This document shows positions 32,821 to 42,393 of a DNA stretch of 64,000 nt, piece by piece. The translations under genes were made by a program, and so were the position numbers. The stretch is taken from assembly GCA_002011735.1 (NCBI GenBank), contig MTOQ01000012.1, positions 2,259 to 66,258 of the forward strand. The letters are read 5' to 3'. The notes below the pieces were generated by a model. The model saw only the letters and a program-made list of their open reading frames with translations, ran no database searches and had not been told where the DNA came from. The DNA comes from Nitrospirae bacterium JdFR-81 (GTDB lineage Bacteria > Nitrospirota > Thermodesulfovibrionia > UBA6902). The first letter of the stretch is position 1. Every line of letters starts with the position of its first letter.

Positions 32821-34887
32821 ATGCAGGAGAAGCTTCCGTTAGATGCAAGGCTCCTCAGTGATGCCATCATCGAGCTGAACATCTCTCGCCACAATGTCTC
32901 CATCTACCCCAAGGACCACCCGCTGGTGAGCAAATCCCTAAACCGCGCATTTGAGTATTTCAGGAGGCTCTTTGAGCTGAGGGATGAGATCACCATCGCC
33001 ATAGCAAAGGACACCATTATTATAGATGAATACTCACTCGACAAAAAGAACCCGGTATTCAAGGACTTTGCCCTCCACCTGAACAGGATGAGCATCGCCT
33101 CTGTCACATTTACGAAGAACCTGACAAAGGATGAGCTCTACTCCTTCCACAGGTTCCTGCTGGAGGATACAGAGGGCATGAGCCTGGATGCCATAAGGGA
33201 GAAGTGGAAGGGGTATGACCTCCCGAATATCAGGCTCGGGTTTATTGACTACAGTGCATTTGGTGAGGCCGATGGAGAGGCCTCGAAGAAGAAGCTCTAT
33301 GAGTGGTATGTCCATGGGCTACTTGAGGGGACGCTCAGGGTGGATTCATTACAAGAGGGAGTGGATGAGATACCACCCGAGATACTCGCTAAGCTCATTA
33401 ATGAGACCAGCACGGAGGACCTGAAGGAAGAATCCTACGACAGGGTTATAGCCAGCTACCTGAGAAAATCCTCTGAAAGGGCCTTCTCTGGGAAGGATAT
33501 AAAGAGGCTCCTTGATTTTATAAATGGCCTCAGGCCTGAGCTGAAAAAGGAGTTCCTATCCTCATCCATGAACAAACTCTCCAAGGACATCAAATCCGTA
33601 GAAGAGGCCCTCAGGGAGACCCCCATCGATACGGTCATGACGCTCCTTAAGAACATCAATGAACAGAAGCTGTCCATACCTGATGAGCTGAGGAAGCTCC
33701 TTGAGAGGTTCTCGAGCCTGGAGACCGATGCCATAGAGAGCAGAATATTCAGGGAGGAGGATCTGGTGGATGACATAACGGTCTCTTCTGACATTGCAAG
33801 CCTCATATCCGATGAGAGGTTTGACAGGTTTGTCGACGAGACATACAGGAATGAGATACAGAGGCTCCTTGACTCCGATGCCCCTGCAGGCTATGTCGAG
33901 GACACAGAAGGGTTCAACGCCCAGTGGGATGAGGAGTATATAGAGAGGTGCTTCAATGAGATGATACTTGAGATACTGCTGTCTGGCGGGTCTGAGGTGG
34001 TCAGAGAGGAAGACTACGAGTTCTTCAACAGGCTCCTAAAGGATCAGATCGAAGAGCTCATAAGCACGGCCCAGTATGGAGAGGTCTTAAGGATATTAAG
34101 GGTGTGGAAGGAGAGATTGGGGGGTGACGATGGTGATGGTGGTGCATCCTCCTATATCCATTCGCCCGAGACCATCTCATTATTCATAGACTCCCTGAGG
34201 ATAAGCGGCAGACAGAAGAGGGAGGAGGCACTGGAGTTATGCAGGTTTTATGGCGAAAGGATAATCCCACCCCTGATACACGCCCTTATACAGGAAGAGT
34301 CACAGACAGTGAGGCACTTCCTCCTGAGCCTCATTATCAGCTTCGGCAGGATGGCCGAGGCAGAGGCTATAAAACACCTCAGGGATGAGAGGTGGTATGT
34401 AAAGAGGAACATGCTCTTTATTCTCACCGAGATAAGAAGCACCGAGGGATTGCCCCATGCAAGACCCCTTTGTCGTCATGAACACCCCAGGGTAAGCTTC
34501 CAGGCTATTAAATACCTGCTCAGGATGGGAGACCCTTATGGTGTGGACATGTTGAAGGAACACCTGGAAGGTAAAACAGAGGAGGGCGTAAGACAGGCCC
34601 TCCTGCTTGCCGGGACATTCAGGGTGAAGGAGCTCGTGCCTGATCTGATAAGGATGCTGAAGAAGAAGGCCCTGAAGAGTGCCGATTATCAGGATAAGAT
34701 ACAGATCGTCAGGGCACTCGGACTTATAGGCGATCCCTCTGCACTCGATGCGCTGAGGGATATCCTCCATTCAAGGTCCATATTATTCAAGACCCCCCTC
34801 AGGAGGCTGAAGGAGGAGATACAGAGCACACTAAAGCACTACCCCCCTGAGGATGTCAGGGAGATCATAGGAGAGGTGGCGTTATAA
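32821..34887 (+). CDS. HEAT-repeat protein with an unnamed N-terminal domain
   Basis: C-terminal PBS/HEAT repeats (DERWYVKRN, HEHPRV, RALGLIGDP). Only 3 bp from the HD-GYP gene. Confidence 0.8.
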   Translation: MQEKLPLDARLLSDAIIELNISRHNVSIYPKDHPLVSKSLNRAFEYFRRLFELRDEITIAIAKDTIIIDEYSLDKKNPVFKDFALHLNRMSIASVTFTKNLTKDELYSFHRFLLEDTEGMSLDAIREKWKGYDLPNIRLGFIDYSAFGEADGEASKKKLYEWYVHGLLEGTLRVDSLQEGVDEIPPEILAKLINETSTEDLKEESYDRVIASYLRKSSERAFSGKDIKRLLDFINGLRPELKKEFLSSSMNKLSKDIKSVEEALRETPIDTVMTLLKNINEQKLSIPDELRKLLERFSSLETDAIESRIFREEDLVDDITVSSDIASLISDERFDRFVDETYRNEIQRLLDSDAPAGYVEDTEGFNAQWDEEYIERCFNEMILEILLSGGSEVVREEDYEFFNRLLKDQIEELISTAQYGEVLRILRVWKERLGGDDGDGGASSYIHSPETISLFIDSLRISGRQKREEALELCRFYGERIIPPLIHALIQEESQTVRHFLLSLIISFGRMAEAEAIKHLRDERWYVKRNMLFILTEIRSTEGLPHARPLCRHEHPRVSFQAIKYLLRMGDPYGVDMLKEHLEGKTEEGVRQALLLAGTFRVKELVPDLIRMLKKKALKSADYQDKIQIVRALGLIGDPSALDALRDILHSRSILFKTPLRRLKEEIQSTLKHYPPEDVREIIGEVAL

Positions 34888-34890
34888 GAG

Positions 34891-35991
34891 ATGGAGAAGA
34901 TCAGGCAGTTTATCAACATATTAACCATAGCCATATCAAACTGTTCGCTCTATTCCAATGACCATGAACTGGTTGACGAATATGCAAAGAAGGTTATGTC
35001 ACTTATACAGGAGGTCATGGAGGATACCCTTGAGATCATGGTTATAGAGGGAGACCTGATCGTAAATAAGATCCCCCTCAGGGATGCAGGTCTCCATGGT
35101 GTCAAGCTCCTGAGGCGTATGCAGAGAAAGGGTATAACCCGCATCGCCTTCTCACAGGGTGTGACCCTCTCAGAGGTAAGGGAGTTCATTGTGGATATGT
35201 CCAGGTTCGATTCACCCCCAAAAACATACCATCATATCAGGACGGGCACCGTTGACATACACCTTGATGAGAGGAAGACAAGGGAGATGGGTGTGGACCT
35301 GGACTATATTACCCATGAACAGATCCAGAAGGTAAAGGAGATATACTACGGCATATCCCCTTTTAAGAGGCTGCAGATAGCAGGACTTGAGGAGATCGTA
35401 TCAAGCTTTATCCTGGCGTTCCATAGAGAGGCGAACATCCTGAAACTCCTCACACCTGTCAGGTCTCAGGATGAGTATATATATACACATGCAACAAATG
35501 TTGCCGTGTTATCCATGTTTCAGGCAGAGTCACTCGGTATAAAGGGCAAACTATTGCATGACATAGGGATCAGTGCACTCCTGCATGATGTCGGCAAACT
35601 CGTCATCTCAAGGGAGATGCTCAACAGGCCCACACCTGCCTATACAGAAGAGGCAACCAAGATGAAACAGCATCCTATCTATGGTGCCGTCTATCTCTCA
35701 AAGATAGAGGGTCTCACAAGGCTTGCCCCTATTGTAGCGTTTGAGCACCATATGAGGTATGATGGCACGGGATATCCCAGATACAGTAGTGGCAAGAGAG
35801 GGCAGCACCCATGCAGCCAGATGGTCGCCATAGCGGATTTTTTTGATACGCTCAGGAGCATAAGATTATACCAGAGGAAATGGGAGATAAAGGATATACT
35901 TGCTGTTATGAAGATGAACGCTGGCAGGGACTTTAATCCATCCCTTGTGGACAACTTTGCAAGGACACTCCTTCTGGCAACCTCAGGATAG
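34891..35991 (+). CDS. HD-GYP domain phosphodiesterase
   Basis: HATNVA, LLHDVGK, HPIYG, EHH..DGTGYP, IADFFD. Confidence 0.9.
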   Translation: MEKIRQFINILTIAISNCSLYSNDHELVDEYAKKVMSLIQEVMEDTLEIMVIEGDLIVNKIPLRDAGLHGVKLLRRMQRKGITRIAFSQGVTLSEVREFIVDMSRFDSPPKTYHHIRTGTVDIHLDERKTREMGVDLDYITHEQIQKVKEIYYGISPFKRLQIAGLEEIVSSFILAFHREANILKLLTPVRSQDEYIYTHATNVAVLSMFQAESLGIKGKLLHDIGISALLHDVGKLVISREMLNRPTPAYTEEATKMKQHPIYGAVYLSKIEGLTRLAPIVAFEHHMRYDGTGYPRYSSGKRGQHPCSQMVAIADFFDTLRSIRLYQRKWEIKDILAVMKMNAGRDFNPSLVDNFARTLLLATSG

Positions 35992-37866
35992 AGCCCCCTT
36001 CTTCCTGTGGTTCTGCCGTCTATGCCTCTCCACCGCAACCATCAGCAGGGACACAGCGGCAGGCGTAACACCAGGTATCCTGCTTGCCTGGCCGAGGTTC
36101 AGCGGCCTCACCTCTTCAAGCTTCTCCACCATCTCGTTTGACAGCCCCGGGATTCCCCTGTAGACAAAGTCATCAGGTATCCTTATATCCTCTATCCTCT
36201 TGAACCTCTCTGCCATCTCTATCTGCCGCCTTATATAGCCCTCATATTTTGTCTGGATCTCCACCTGCCTGACCACCTCAGGATCAAGACCATTCCTGTG
36301 GGAGTCTGGTATATCCATATAGGAGACCTCTGGCCTCTTCAGTATCTGATAGAGGGTTGTATCCTCCCTGATCTCAGAACCACCAAGCCTCCTGAGGACA
36401 GGATTTATCACCCCTGGCTTTACCCTTGTCACCTTGAGCCTCTCTATCTCAGACTCTATCATGGCCTTTTTACGGAGAAGGGCGTCCATATGCTCCTTTT
36501 TGATGAGGCCGATCCTGTAACCCTTCTCCATGAGTCTCAGGTCTGCATTGTCCTGTCTGAGCAGCAGCCTGTATTCAGCCCTTGAGGTGAACATCCTGTA
36601 GGGCTCGTTTGTGCCCTTTGTGATAAGATCATCTATAAGCACACCTATGTACGCCTCATCCCTCCTCAAGATAAAGGGGGACTCCCCCTTTATCTTGAGC
36701 GCAGCGTTTATCCCTGCTATGATCCCCTGTGCAGCAGCCTCTTCATAGCCTGATGTCCCATTGATCTGGCCTGCAAGATAGAGCCCACTAACCAGCTTTG
36801 TCTCAAGGGTTGGCCTCAGCTGGGTTGGATAAACAAAGTCATACTCAATGGCATATCCGTACTTATTTATCCTTACATCCTCGAGCCCCCTTATCGTCCT
36901 TATAAACTCCTCCTGCACCTCCTCAGGGAGGCTTGTGGAGATCCCGTTTGCGTATACCTCGTCCGTGCCGATCCCCTCGGGCTCTATGAATATCTGATGC
37001 CTCGGCTTGTCACCGAACCTCACCACCTTGTCCTCTATTGAAGGACAATAGCGTGGCCCCCTGCCCACTATCCTTCCACTATAAAGGGGAGAATATCTGA
37101 GGTTGTCCCTGATTATCCTGTGTGTGTGGTCATTTGTGTAGGTGATATAACATGGAAGCTGGGGATTGGTTATCTGTGCAGTGAATATAGACATGAATGG
37201 CGGTGGTGTATCACCATCCTGCCTCTCCATCACGGAAAAATCGATACTCCTGCCATCAAGCCTCGGGGGTGTGCCTGTCTTCAACCGCCCCATCCTCAAA
37301 CCGATCGCCCTGAGGCTCCTGGAAAGACCTGTTGAAGGGGGTTCTCCTGCCCTTCCTGAGGGAAAGTTCCTCAGGCCGATGTGTATCAACCCATTCAGGA
37401 ATGTGCCTGTTGCTATTACTACCGCCTTTGCCCTGTAGATATTATCGTTCGTCCTTATGCCCCATACCCTGCCCCTCTCAACGATGACCTCCTCAACCAT
37501 CCCTCCTATGATCTCAAGCCCTTCCTGCCCCTCAAGGACCTCACGCATGTAGCGTCTGTAAAGGGCCCTGTCGCACTGGACCCTCGTCGCCCACACAGCA
37601 GGCCCCTTGCTCCTGTTCAGTATCTTGAACTGGATACCTGCCCTGTCCGTGACCTTTGCCATCTCACCGCCCAGGGCGTCTATCTCCCTCACAAGATGGC
37701 TCTTGGCAAGACCACCAACAGCAGGATTACACGACATCTGGCCTATCGTCCATGGATTCATGGTGAAGACAGCAACACTAAGCCCCATCCTTGCCCCTGC
37801 AAGTGCCGCCTCACACCCTGCATGTCCTGCACCGACTACTATGATGTCGTAATCCACCCTCTCCAT
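35983..37866 (-). CDS. mnmG: tRNA U34 modification enzyme MnmG (GidA)
   Basis: Start reset to MERVDYDIIVVGAGHAGCEAA. MSCNPAVGG, GPRYCPSIEDK, GQINGTSGYEEAAAQG. Confidence 0.97.
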   Translation of the reverse strand: MERVDYDIIVVGAGHAGCEAALAGARMGLSVAVFTMNPWTIGQMSCNPAVGGLAKSHLVREIDALGGEMAKVTDRAGIQFKILNRSKGPAVWATRVQCDRALYRRYMREVLEGQEGLEIIGGMVEEVIVERGRVWGIRTNDNIYRAKAVVIATGTFLNGLIHIGLRNFPSGRAGEPPSTGLSRSLRAIGLRMGRLKTGTPPRLDGRSIDFSVMERQDGDTPPPFMSIFTAQITNPQLPCYITYTNDHTHRIIRDNLRYSPLYSGRIVGRGPRYCPSIEDKVVRFGDKPRHQIFIEPEGIGTDEVYANGISTSLPEEVQEEFIRTIRGLEDVRINKYGYAIEYDFVYPTQLRPTLETKLVSGLYLAGQINGTSGYEEAAAQGIIAGINAALKIKGESPFILRRDEAYIGVLIDDLITKGTNEPYRMFTSRAEYRLLLRQDNADLRLMEKGYRIGLIKKEHMDALLRKKAMIESEIERLKVTRVKPGVINPVLRRLGGSEIREDTTLYQILKRPEVSYMDIPDSHRNGLDPEVVRQVEIQTKYEGYIRRQIEMAERFKRIEDIRIPDDFVYRGIPGLSNEMVEKLEEVRPLNLGQASRIPGVTPAAVSLLMVAVERHRRQNHRKKGALS

Positions 37867-37919
37867 ATCTCTATTATAAAATTTTCCATTCCGGCATGAT
37901 AATAAAGTGAGCCTGCTTT

Positions 37920-38462
37920 CTAAAGCGGGATTGAAAATCCTTTGATATATCTTGAGATTGTTCTGAATATAAGTATAACACCACCTGCCACAACAATCCC
38001 CCATACAGCGCCTGCGAGCACATCGGACGGATAATGGACACCCACATAGACCCTTGACAGGGCAACCGCTATGGCAATGGCGAACATGGGGATGGTGTAT
38101 CCCCTGAAGAAATGGGAGAAGGTTGCCACAACGGCAAAGGCATTTACCGCATGGCTTGAGGGCATGGAGAATGAGTTGCCACAGCCAACCAGGAGCCTCA
38201 CCCCGATGAGTGTATGACACGGCCTCGGCCTCTCAAAGAGGTGCTTGAGCATATTGGAGCTTGCATCCCCCATGGCAAGTGCGATGAGGCAGAGAAGCAG
38301 AACGACGACCGCCTTCTTGATGTCCCTCACAAAGGCAGGCACCATGAGGAGGAGGATGGGTATATATGGTCTTTCCGTTACAAAGATCATGAGGGTGTCG
38401 AGGATTGGACTGTGGATGCCCCTGTTTATGATGTAGAAGACCTGGATATCCATTATCACCAT
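37920..38462 (-). CDS. PAP2 superfamily membrane phosphatase
   Basis: KHLFERPRP, SMPSSH, SRVYVGVHYPSD. Confidence 0.92.
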   Translation of the reverse strand: MVIMDIQVFYIINRGIHSPILDTLMIFVTERPYIPILLLMVPAFVRDIKKAVVVLLLCLIALAMGDASSNMLKHLFERPRPCHTLIGVRLLVGCGNSFSMPSSHAVNAFAVVATFSHFFRGYTIPMFAIAIAVALSRVYVGVHYPSDVLAGAVWGIVVAGGVILIFRTISRYIKGFSIPL

Positions 38463-38485
38463 ATTAGGCGAGCGGTTCCTTCAAG

Positions 38486-39277
38486 TCAAGACCTGATGGC
38501 CTCTGTAAGCCTTGCAAAATCCTCTATAGTGAGCGAATCCGGCCTTGAGGACGGATCTATCCCTGCCCTTATTAAAGCGGCCTTTATCTCACCCTCTCCA
38601 CAGGGAAGGTCATCACCAGCTGAAAACCCCCTTAGACTGTTAAGTATCATCTTTCTCCTGTGTGAGAATGTCTTTTTAACAATCCTCATGAACAGCTCCT
38701 CATCCCCTATCTCAAAGAGGGGCTCCGGTGAGACCTCAAAATGGACGAGGGCAGAGTCAACATCAGGCGGTGGTGAGAAGGCCTTCCTTGAGACATAGAA
38801 GATGATCCTTGGCCTTGTATATAGCTGTATGGATATGGAGAGGGGGCTGTAGTCCTTGTTATTCGGCTGGGCCACGATCCTCAGGGCGACCTCCTTCTGT
38901 AAGAGGAGGGTCATGGTGATAATCCTTCTTCTATATTCCAGCAACTTAAAGAGCAGGGGTGTCGTGATATTATAGGGGATGTTTGAGACCACCTTGAAAT
39001 CCCCTTTTATCTCATCATAAGGATATCTCAGGGCATCTGCATTTATTATCTCTACATTCTCCTTCTCCGAGAGTCGCTCCTTGAGCCTCCCTACCAGCCC
39101 TTTATCCACCTCAATGGCTATAACCCTCTTTGCACACCCCGAGAGAAATTCTGTTAATGTCCCTATACCTGCACCGATCTCAACAACCGTATCTTCACCT
39201 GTCACCCCACTGCTTTTAACAATCTTCCTCAGGATGTTCTTGTCAAATAGGAAATGCTGTCCAAGTGGCCTCCCCAC
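38486..39277 (-). CDS. rsmA: 16S rRNA adenine dimethyltransferase RsmA/KsgA
   Basis: LGQHFL, EIGAGIG, SNIPYNIT, PPPDVDS. Confidence 0.96.
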   Translation of the reverse strand: MGRPLGQHFLFDKNILRKIVKSSGVTGEDTVVEIGAGIGTLTEFLSGCAKRVIAIEVDKGLVGRLKERLSEKENVEIINADALRYPYDEIKGDFKVVSNIPYNITTPLLFKLLEYRRRIITMTLLLQKEVALRIVAQPNNKDYSPLSISIQLYTRPRIIFYVSRKAFSPPPDVDSALVHFEVSPEPLFEIGDEELFMRIVKKTFSHRRKMILNSLRGFSAGDDLPCGEGEIKAALIRAGIDPSSRPDSLTIEDFARLTEAIRS

Positions 39278-39306
39278 CGCCTCTCATCACCCCTCTCCAA
39301 ATTATC

Positions 39307-42300
39307 TCATCTCAATTCTCTCACATCGCCTGTGTATGTGAAGATTATGTAAGACCTCACATTACTGGTATTGAATATCCTCCTTACAGCCTCCCTGTAG
39401 ATAGAGAGCTGGGGGGAATACTCCTTCAGTAGATATCCCACCTCCTCTTCCTTAACAGGGAATGTCTTGTAGTCATAAACCCTGTATTCACCATTCAACC
39501 TTATCAATCTGTCTATCCTCCCTGTGTAGACCTCTCCATCAAGCTCCATGGTAAATGGTAATTCTGCATATGAATCATCCCTTGGCAGGATGATCTCCTG
39601 CCATATGCCACTGTCCTTAAGCATGGAGATGTTATTCTCAATCATCTTGAGCATCTCTGCATCCGCATGAAGTCCCCCTTCTATAAATAGCTCTTTAACC
39701 CTCTCTATTGTGTCCTCCTCCTTTATAAAGCCCTTTGAGACCTCCTCAAAGAGCCTGTGGAGGACCTCCCCAAGCACCAGCCATCCCCTCCCGTGCCTGC
39801 TCCTTATATCCAGGGCATCGGTAACGCTCCTCCACCTGATCCCCCCTGTCTCTGGAAGTGGCGTCACCCTGGGTGTGACCCTGAGCCCCTCCCTTTTAAG
39901 TGGCCTCTTCCTGTGTGTCTCCTTCACATCAATACCCCTCACGATGGATAGACCCTCTATATCCGCATCCATCCTGAAACCATCCCCCTCCTTCCTCAAT
40001 CCCAGGGTCTCCCTTATCAGCCCAAAGGCACTGTCCTCCCTCTCATCCCACCTGCTCACAAGGAAGAGTGTATCCTCTGCCCTTGTGACAGCCACATATA
40101 ATAACCGCTTCTCCTCTTCGAACTCCTTCATCTTCTGGGTGAGGAAGTCCTCATCCACCCTCCTGATGGTTGCATCAGGTATGGATTTAAAATAAAACCT
40201 CCCTCCCTTTTCATATACAAGGTTCTCCTCGCTCCTGTGCCTGAATGGTTCCTCAAGGCCTGGCAGAAAGACGACAGGAAACTCAAGCCCCTTCGCCGAG
40301 TGGATGGTGATTATCCTCACCGCATTCATCCCCTCGGTGTTCACATTCGCCTTCGGCTCTTCATCCCTGTGGCATGTCCTCTCAAGGAAGTCCCTTATCC
40401 TGAAGAGGGATCTGCCACCTGCCTGAAGGTCCTCCACCAGCTTAATGAACTTCTTTATATTTGCCCTCCTCTGCTGTTCATGAAGGTATCTCCATGCACC
40501 TGTGCTGATAAGGGCATGTTCGATGAGTTCTGAAAGTGGCATTGCAGGCAGGAGTGATTGCCACTGGAGGAGCCTGGCAGGGACACCATCAAGAGGCCCT
40601 GGTAGTGCCCCTGTCCTCAACAGTTTCTCGTAGAGGCTGTCACCATCGGCATCCACCAGCCTCAGGATGGAGCCTTCGTCAATCATGAAGAGGGGGCTCT
40701 TGAGGAGTATGTAGAGGCTGTAATCGTCTGATGGGTTTGAGAGAAAGTATATTAATGCCCTCAGTATGGCGACCTCGGGCTCCTGATAAAAACCTATGCC
40801 CTTCACCGTAACAAATGGTATCCCGTGCCTCCTCAGGCTGTCCTCATACCTCTTGAGATGGGTCCTCCTCCTGAGGAGGATGGCTATGTCCCTGTATTCA
40901 CAGGGCCTCTGTCCAGATCCCTCCCTGTCTGACACCATCATCTGGCCAACGATCTCCTGTATCCTCCTTGAAACGATCTCTGCCTCCTCCTGCTTGGCCT
41001 CTACAATGCTCCTGTAATCACCCTCGTGGATGATCAGCTCCACCCTGCCGGTGCCTGTGATATCACTCCTGCTCGCCTTAAACGGACTGTATCGGGTCTT
41101 CCACAGTGGCCCTTCCTCGTCCTGCCTCATGAGCCTTGAGAAGACATGATTGGTGAAGTCTATTATCGCTGGAAGACTGCGGTAGTTGTCCCTTATCTCC
41201 TCATACAGGAATTCCCTACCAAGCCATTCAGAGAGTTTCTGTCTTGCCCTGCCAAAGACCTCCACATTGGCACCCCTGAAGAAGAAGATGGACTGCTTCT
41301 CATCACCAACCAGAAACACGGTTGGTCTTACTCCGCTGTCCCTCTTTGCACCAAGGCCTGATCTCCACTCCTCTGTGAGTTTATCGATGATCGCCCATTG
41401 AAAGTCGTTTGTATCCTGAAACTCATCAACCAGTATGTGGTCTGTCCTCTCATCAAAGGCATAAAGTATGTTCGCCCATTCAGGCTCCTCTGTAAGGATC
41501 CTGTAGGTGAGATACTCAAGGTCACCAAAGTCAAGCACACCTCTCTCCTTCTTCAACTGCATATACCTATCAATACACCTTCTGAATATCCTGATAAGCA
41601 GATCAGACCTCTCAACCGCCTCCTCAATATTCCTCTGAAGCCAGAACTCATACATCCTCACGGCCCAGTCCTCATAGTCAGCCACACCTTCAAGGCCAGC
41701 AGGTCTCCTCCTCCTTGGCATCCCGTTGTTGCTCAGAAACAGGCCTTTTATCGCCCTTAGACCTTCAAGCCCTTTATCAAGGAGCATCCCCTCATACCCT
41801 GGTATAGACTCCCTGGCACCAGGCCATCTCAGGAGCTCATCAAGGAGATCCCTGTTCCGGACAGCAGGGGGTATGCACGCCTCCAGAGAGAATGGCCCTT
41901 TATTATGGAGATACCTCATCGCTTCCTTTAGATACTGTAGCCCCCTGAACCCCCTCTCTCCAAGGAGCCTCAGGAACAGGGCCTCATCCTCCTCGCTCAT
42001 CTCCATCAACAAATCATAGAGAACCTCCTCCCATGCAATGTCTGAGTCTATCGCATCTATAACCCTGTAATCAGGATCAATCCCTGCTTCAAACGAGAAC
42101 CTCCTCAGAAGAGAACCACAGAAGGAATGAATGGTCGAGACCCTCATCAGCGGTATCTTCTCCATGACCCTTCTGAAGGTCTCTCTATCCTCCTGACGCA
42201 GTATCCTCAGTATCCTGTCCTTCATCTCTGCAGCGGCCTTGTCAGTGAATGTGATGGCCAGTATCCGCTCCACATCAACACCACTCTGCAGAAGGGCGAT

Positions 42301-42393
42301 ATACCGCCTTGCAAGCTTCTCCGTCTTGCCAGAGCCTGCAGGTGAGGAGATGATCACACTCTTGTTTATGTCAAGATACCCCTCCATACTCAT
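39307..42393 (-). CDS. addA: AddA-like UvrD helicase / PD-(D/E)XK nuclease
   Basis: SPAGSGKT, VDEFQDT, TIHSAKGLEF, YVAVTRA, GRIDRL..DYKT. Start overlaps the addB stop (ATGA). Confidence 0.88.
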   Translation of the reverse strand: MSMEGYLDINKSVIISSPAGSGKTEKLARRYIALLQSGVDVERILAITFTDKAAAEMKDRILRILRQEDRETFRRVMEKIPLMRVSTIHSFCGSLLRRFSFEAGIDPDYRVIDAIDSDIAWEEVLYDLLMEMSEEDEALFLRLLGERGFRGLQYLKEAMRYLHNKGPFSLEACIPPAVRNRDLLDELLRWPGARESIPGYEGMLLDKGLEGLRAIKGLFLSNNGMPRRRRPAGLEGVADYEDWAVRMYEFWLQRNIEEAVERSDLLIRIFRRCIDRYMQLKKERGVLDFGDLEYLTYRILTEEPEWANILYAFDERTDHILVDEFQDTNDFQWAIIDKLTEEWRSGLGAKRDSGVRPTVFLVGDEKQSIFFFRGANVEVFGRARQKLSEWLGREFLYEEIRDNYRSLPAIIDFTNHVFSRLMRQDEEGPLWKTRYSPFKASRSDITGTGRVELIIHEGDYRSIVEAKQEEAEIVSRRIQEIVGQMMVSDREGSGQRPCEYRDIAILLRRRTHLKRYEDSLRRHGIPFVTVKGIGFYQEPEVAILRALIYFLSNPSDDYSLYILLKSPLFMIDEGSILRLVDADGDSLYEKLLRTGALPGPLDGVPARLLQWQSLLPAMPLSELIEHALISTGAWRYLHEQQRRANIKKFIKLVEDLQAGGRSLFRIRDFLERTCHRDEEPKANVNTEGMNAVRIITIHSAKGLEFPVVFLPGLEEPFRHRSEENLVYEKGGRFYFKSIPDATIRRVDEDFLTQKMKEFEEEKRLLYVAVTRAEDTLFLVSRWDEREDSAFGLIRETLGLRKEGDGFRMDADIEGLSIVRGIDVKETHRKRPLKREGLRVTPRVTPLPETGGIRWRSVTDALDIRSRHGRGWLVLGEVLHRLFEEVSKGFIKEEDTIERVKELFIEGGLHADAEMLKMIENNISMLKDSGIWQEIILPRDDSYAELPFTMELDGEVYTGRIDRLIRLNGEYRVYDYKTFPVKEEEVGYLLKEYSPQLSIYREAVRRIFNTSNVRSYIIFTYTGDVRELR

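Noticed and set aside
37867..38220. Cys-rich 118-aa N-terminal extension of MnmG in the ORF track
   Set aside because: It overlaps the PAP2 gene in another frame; MnmG homology starts at the ATG at 37866.
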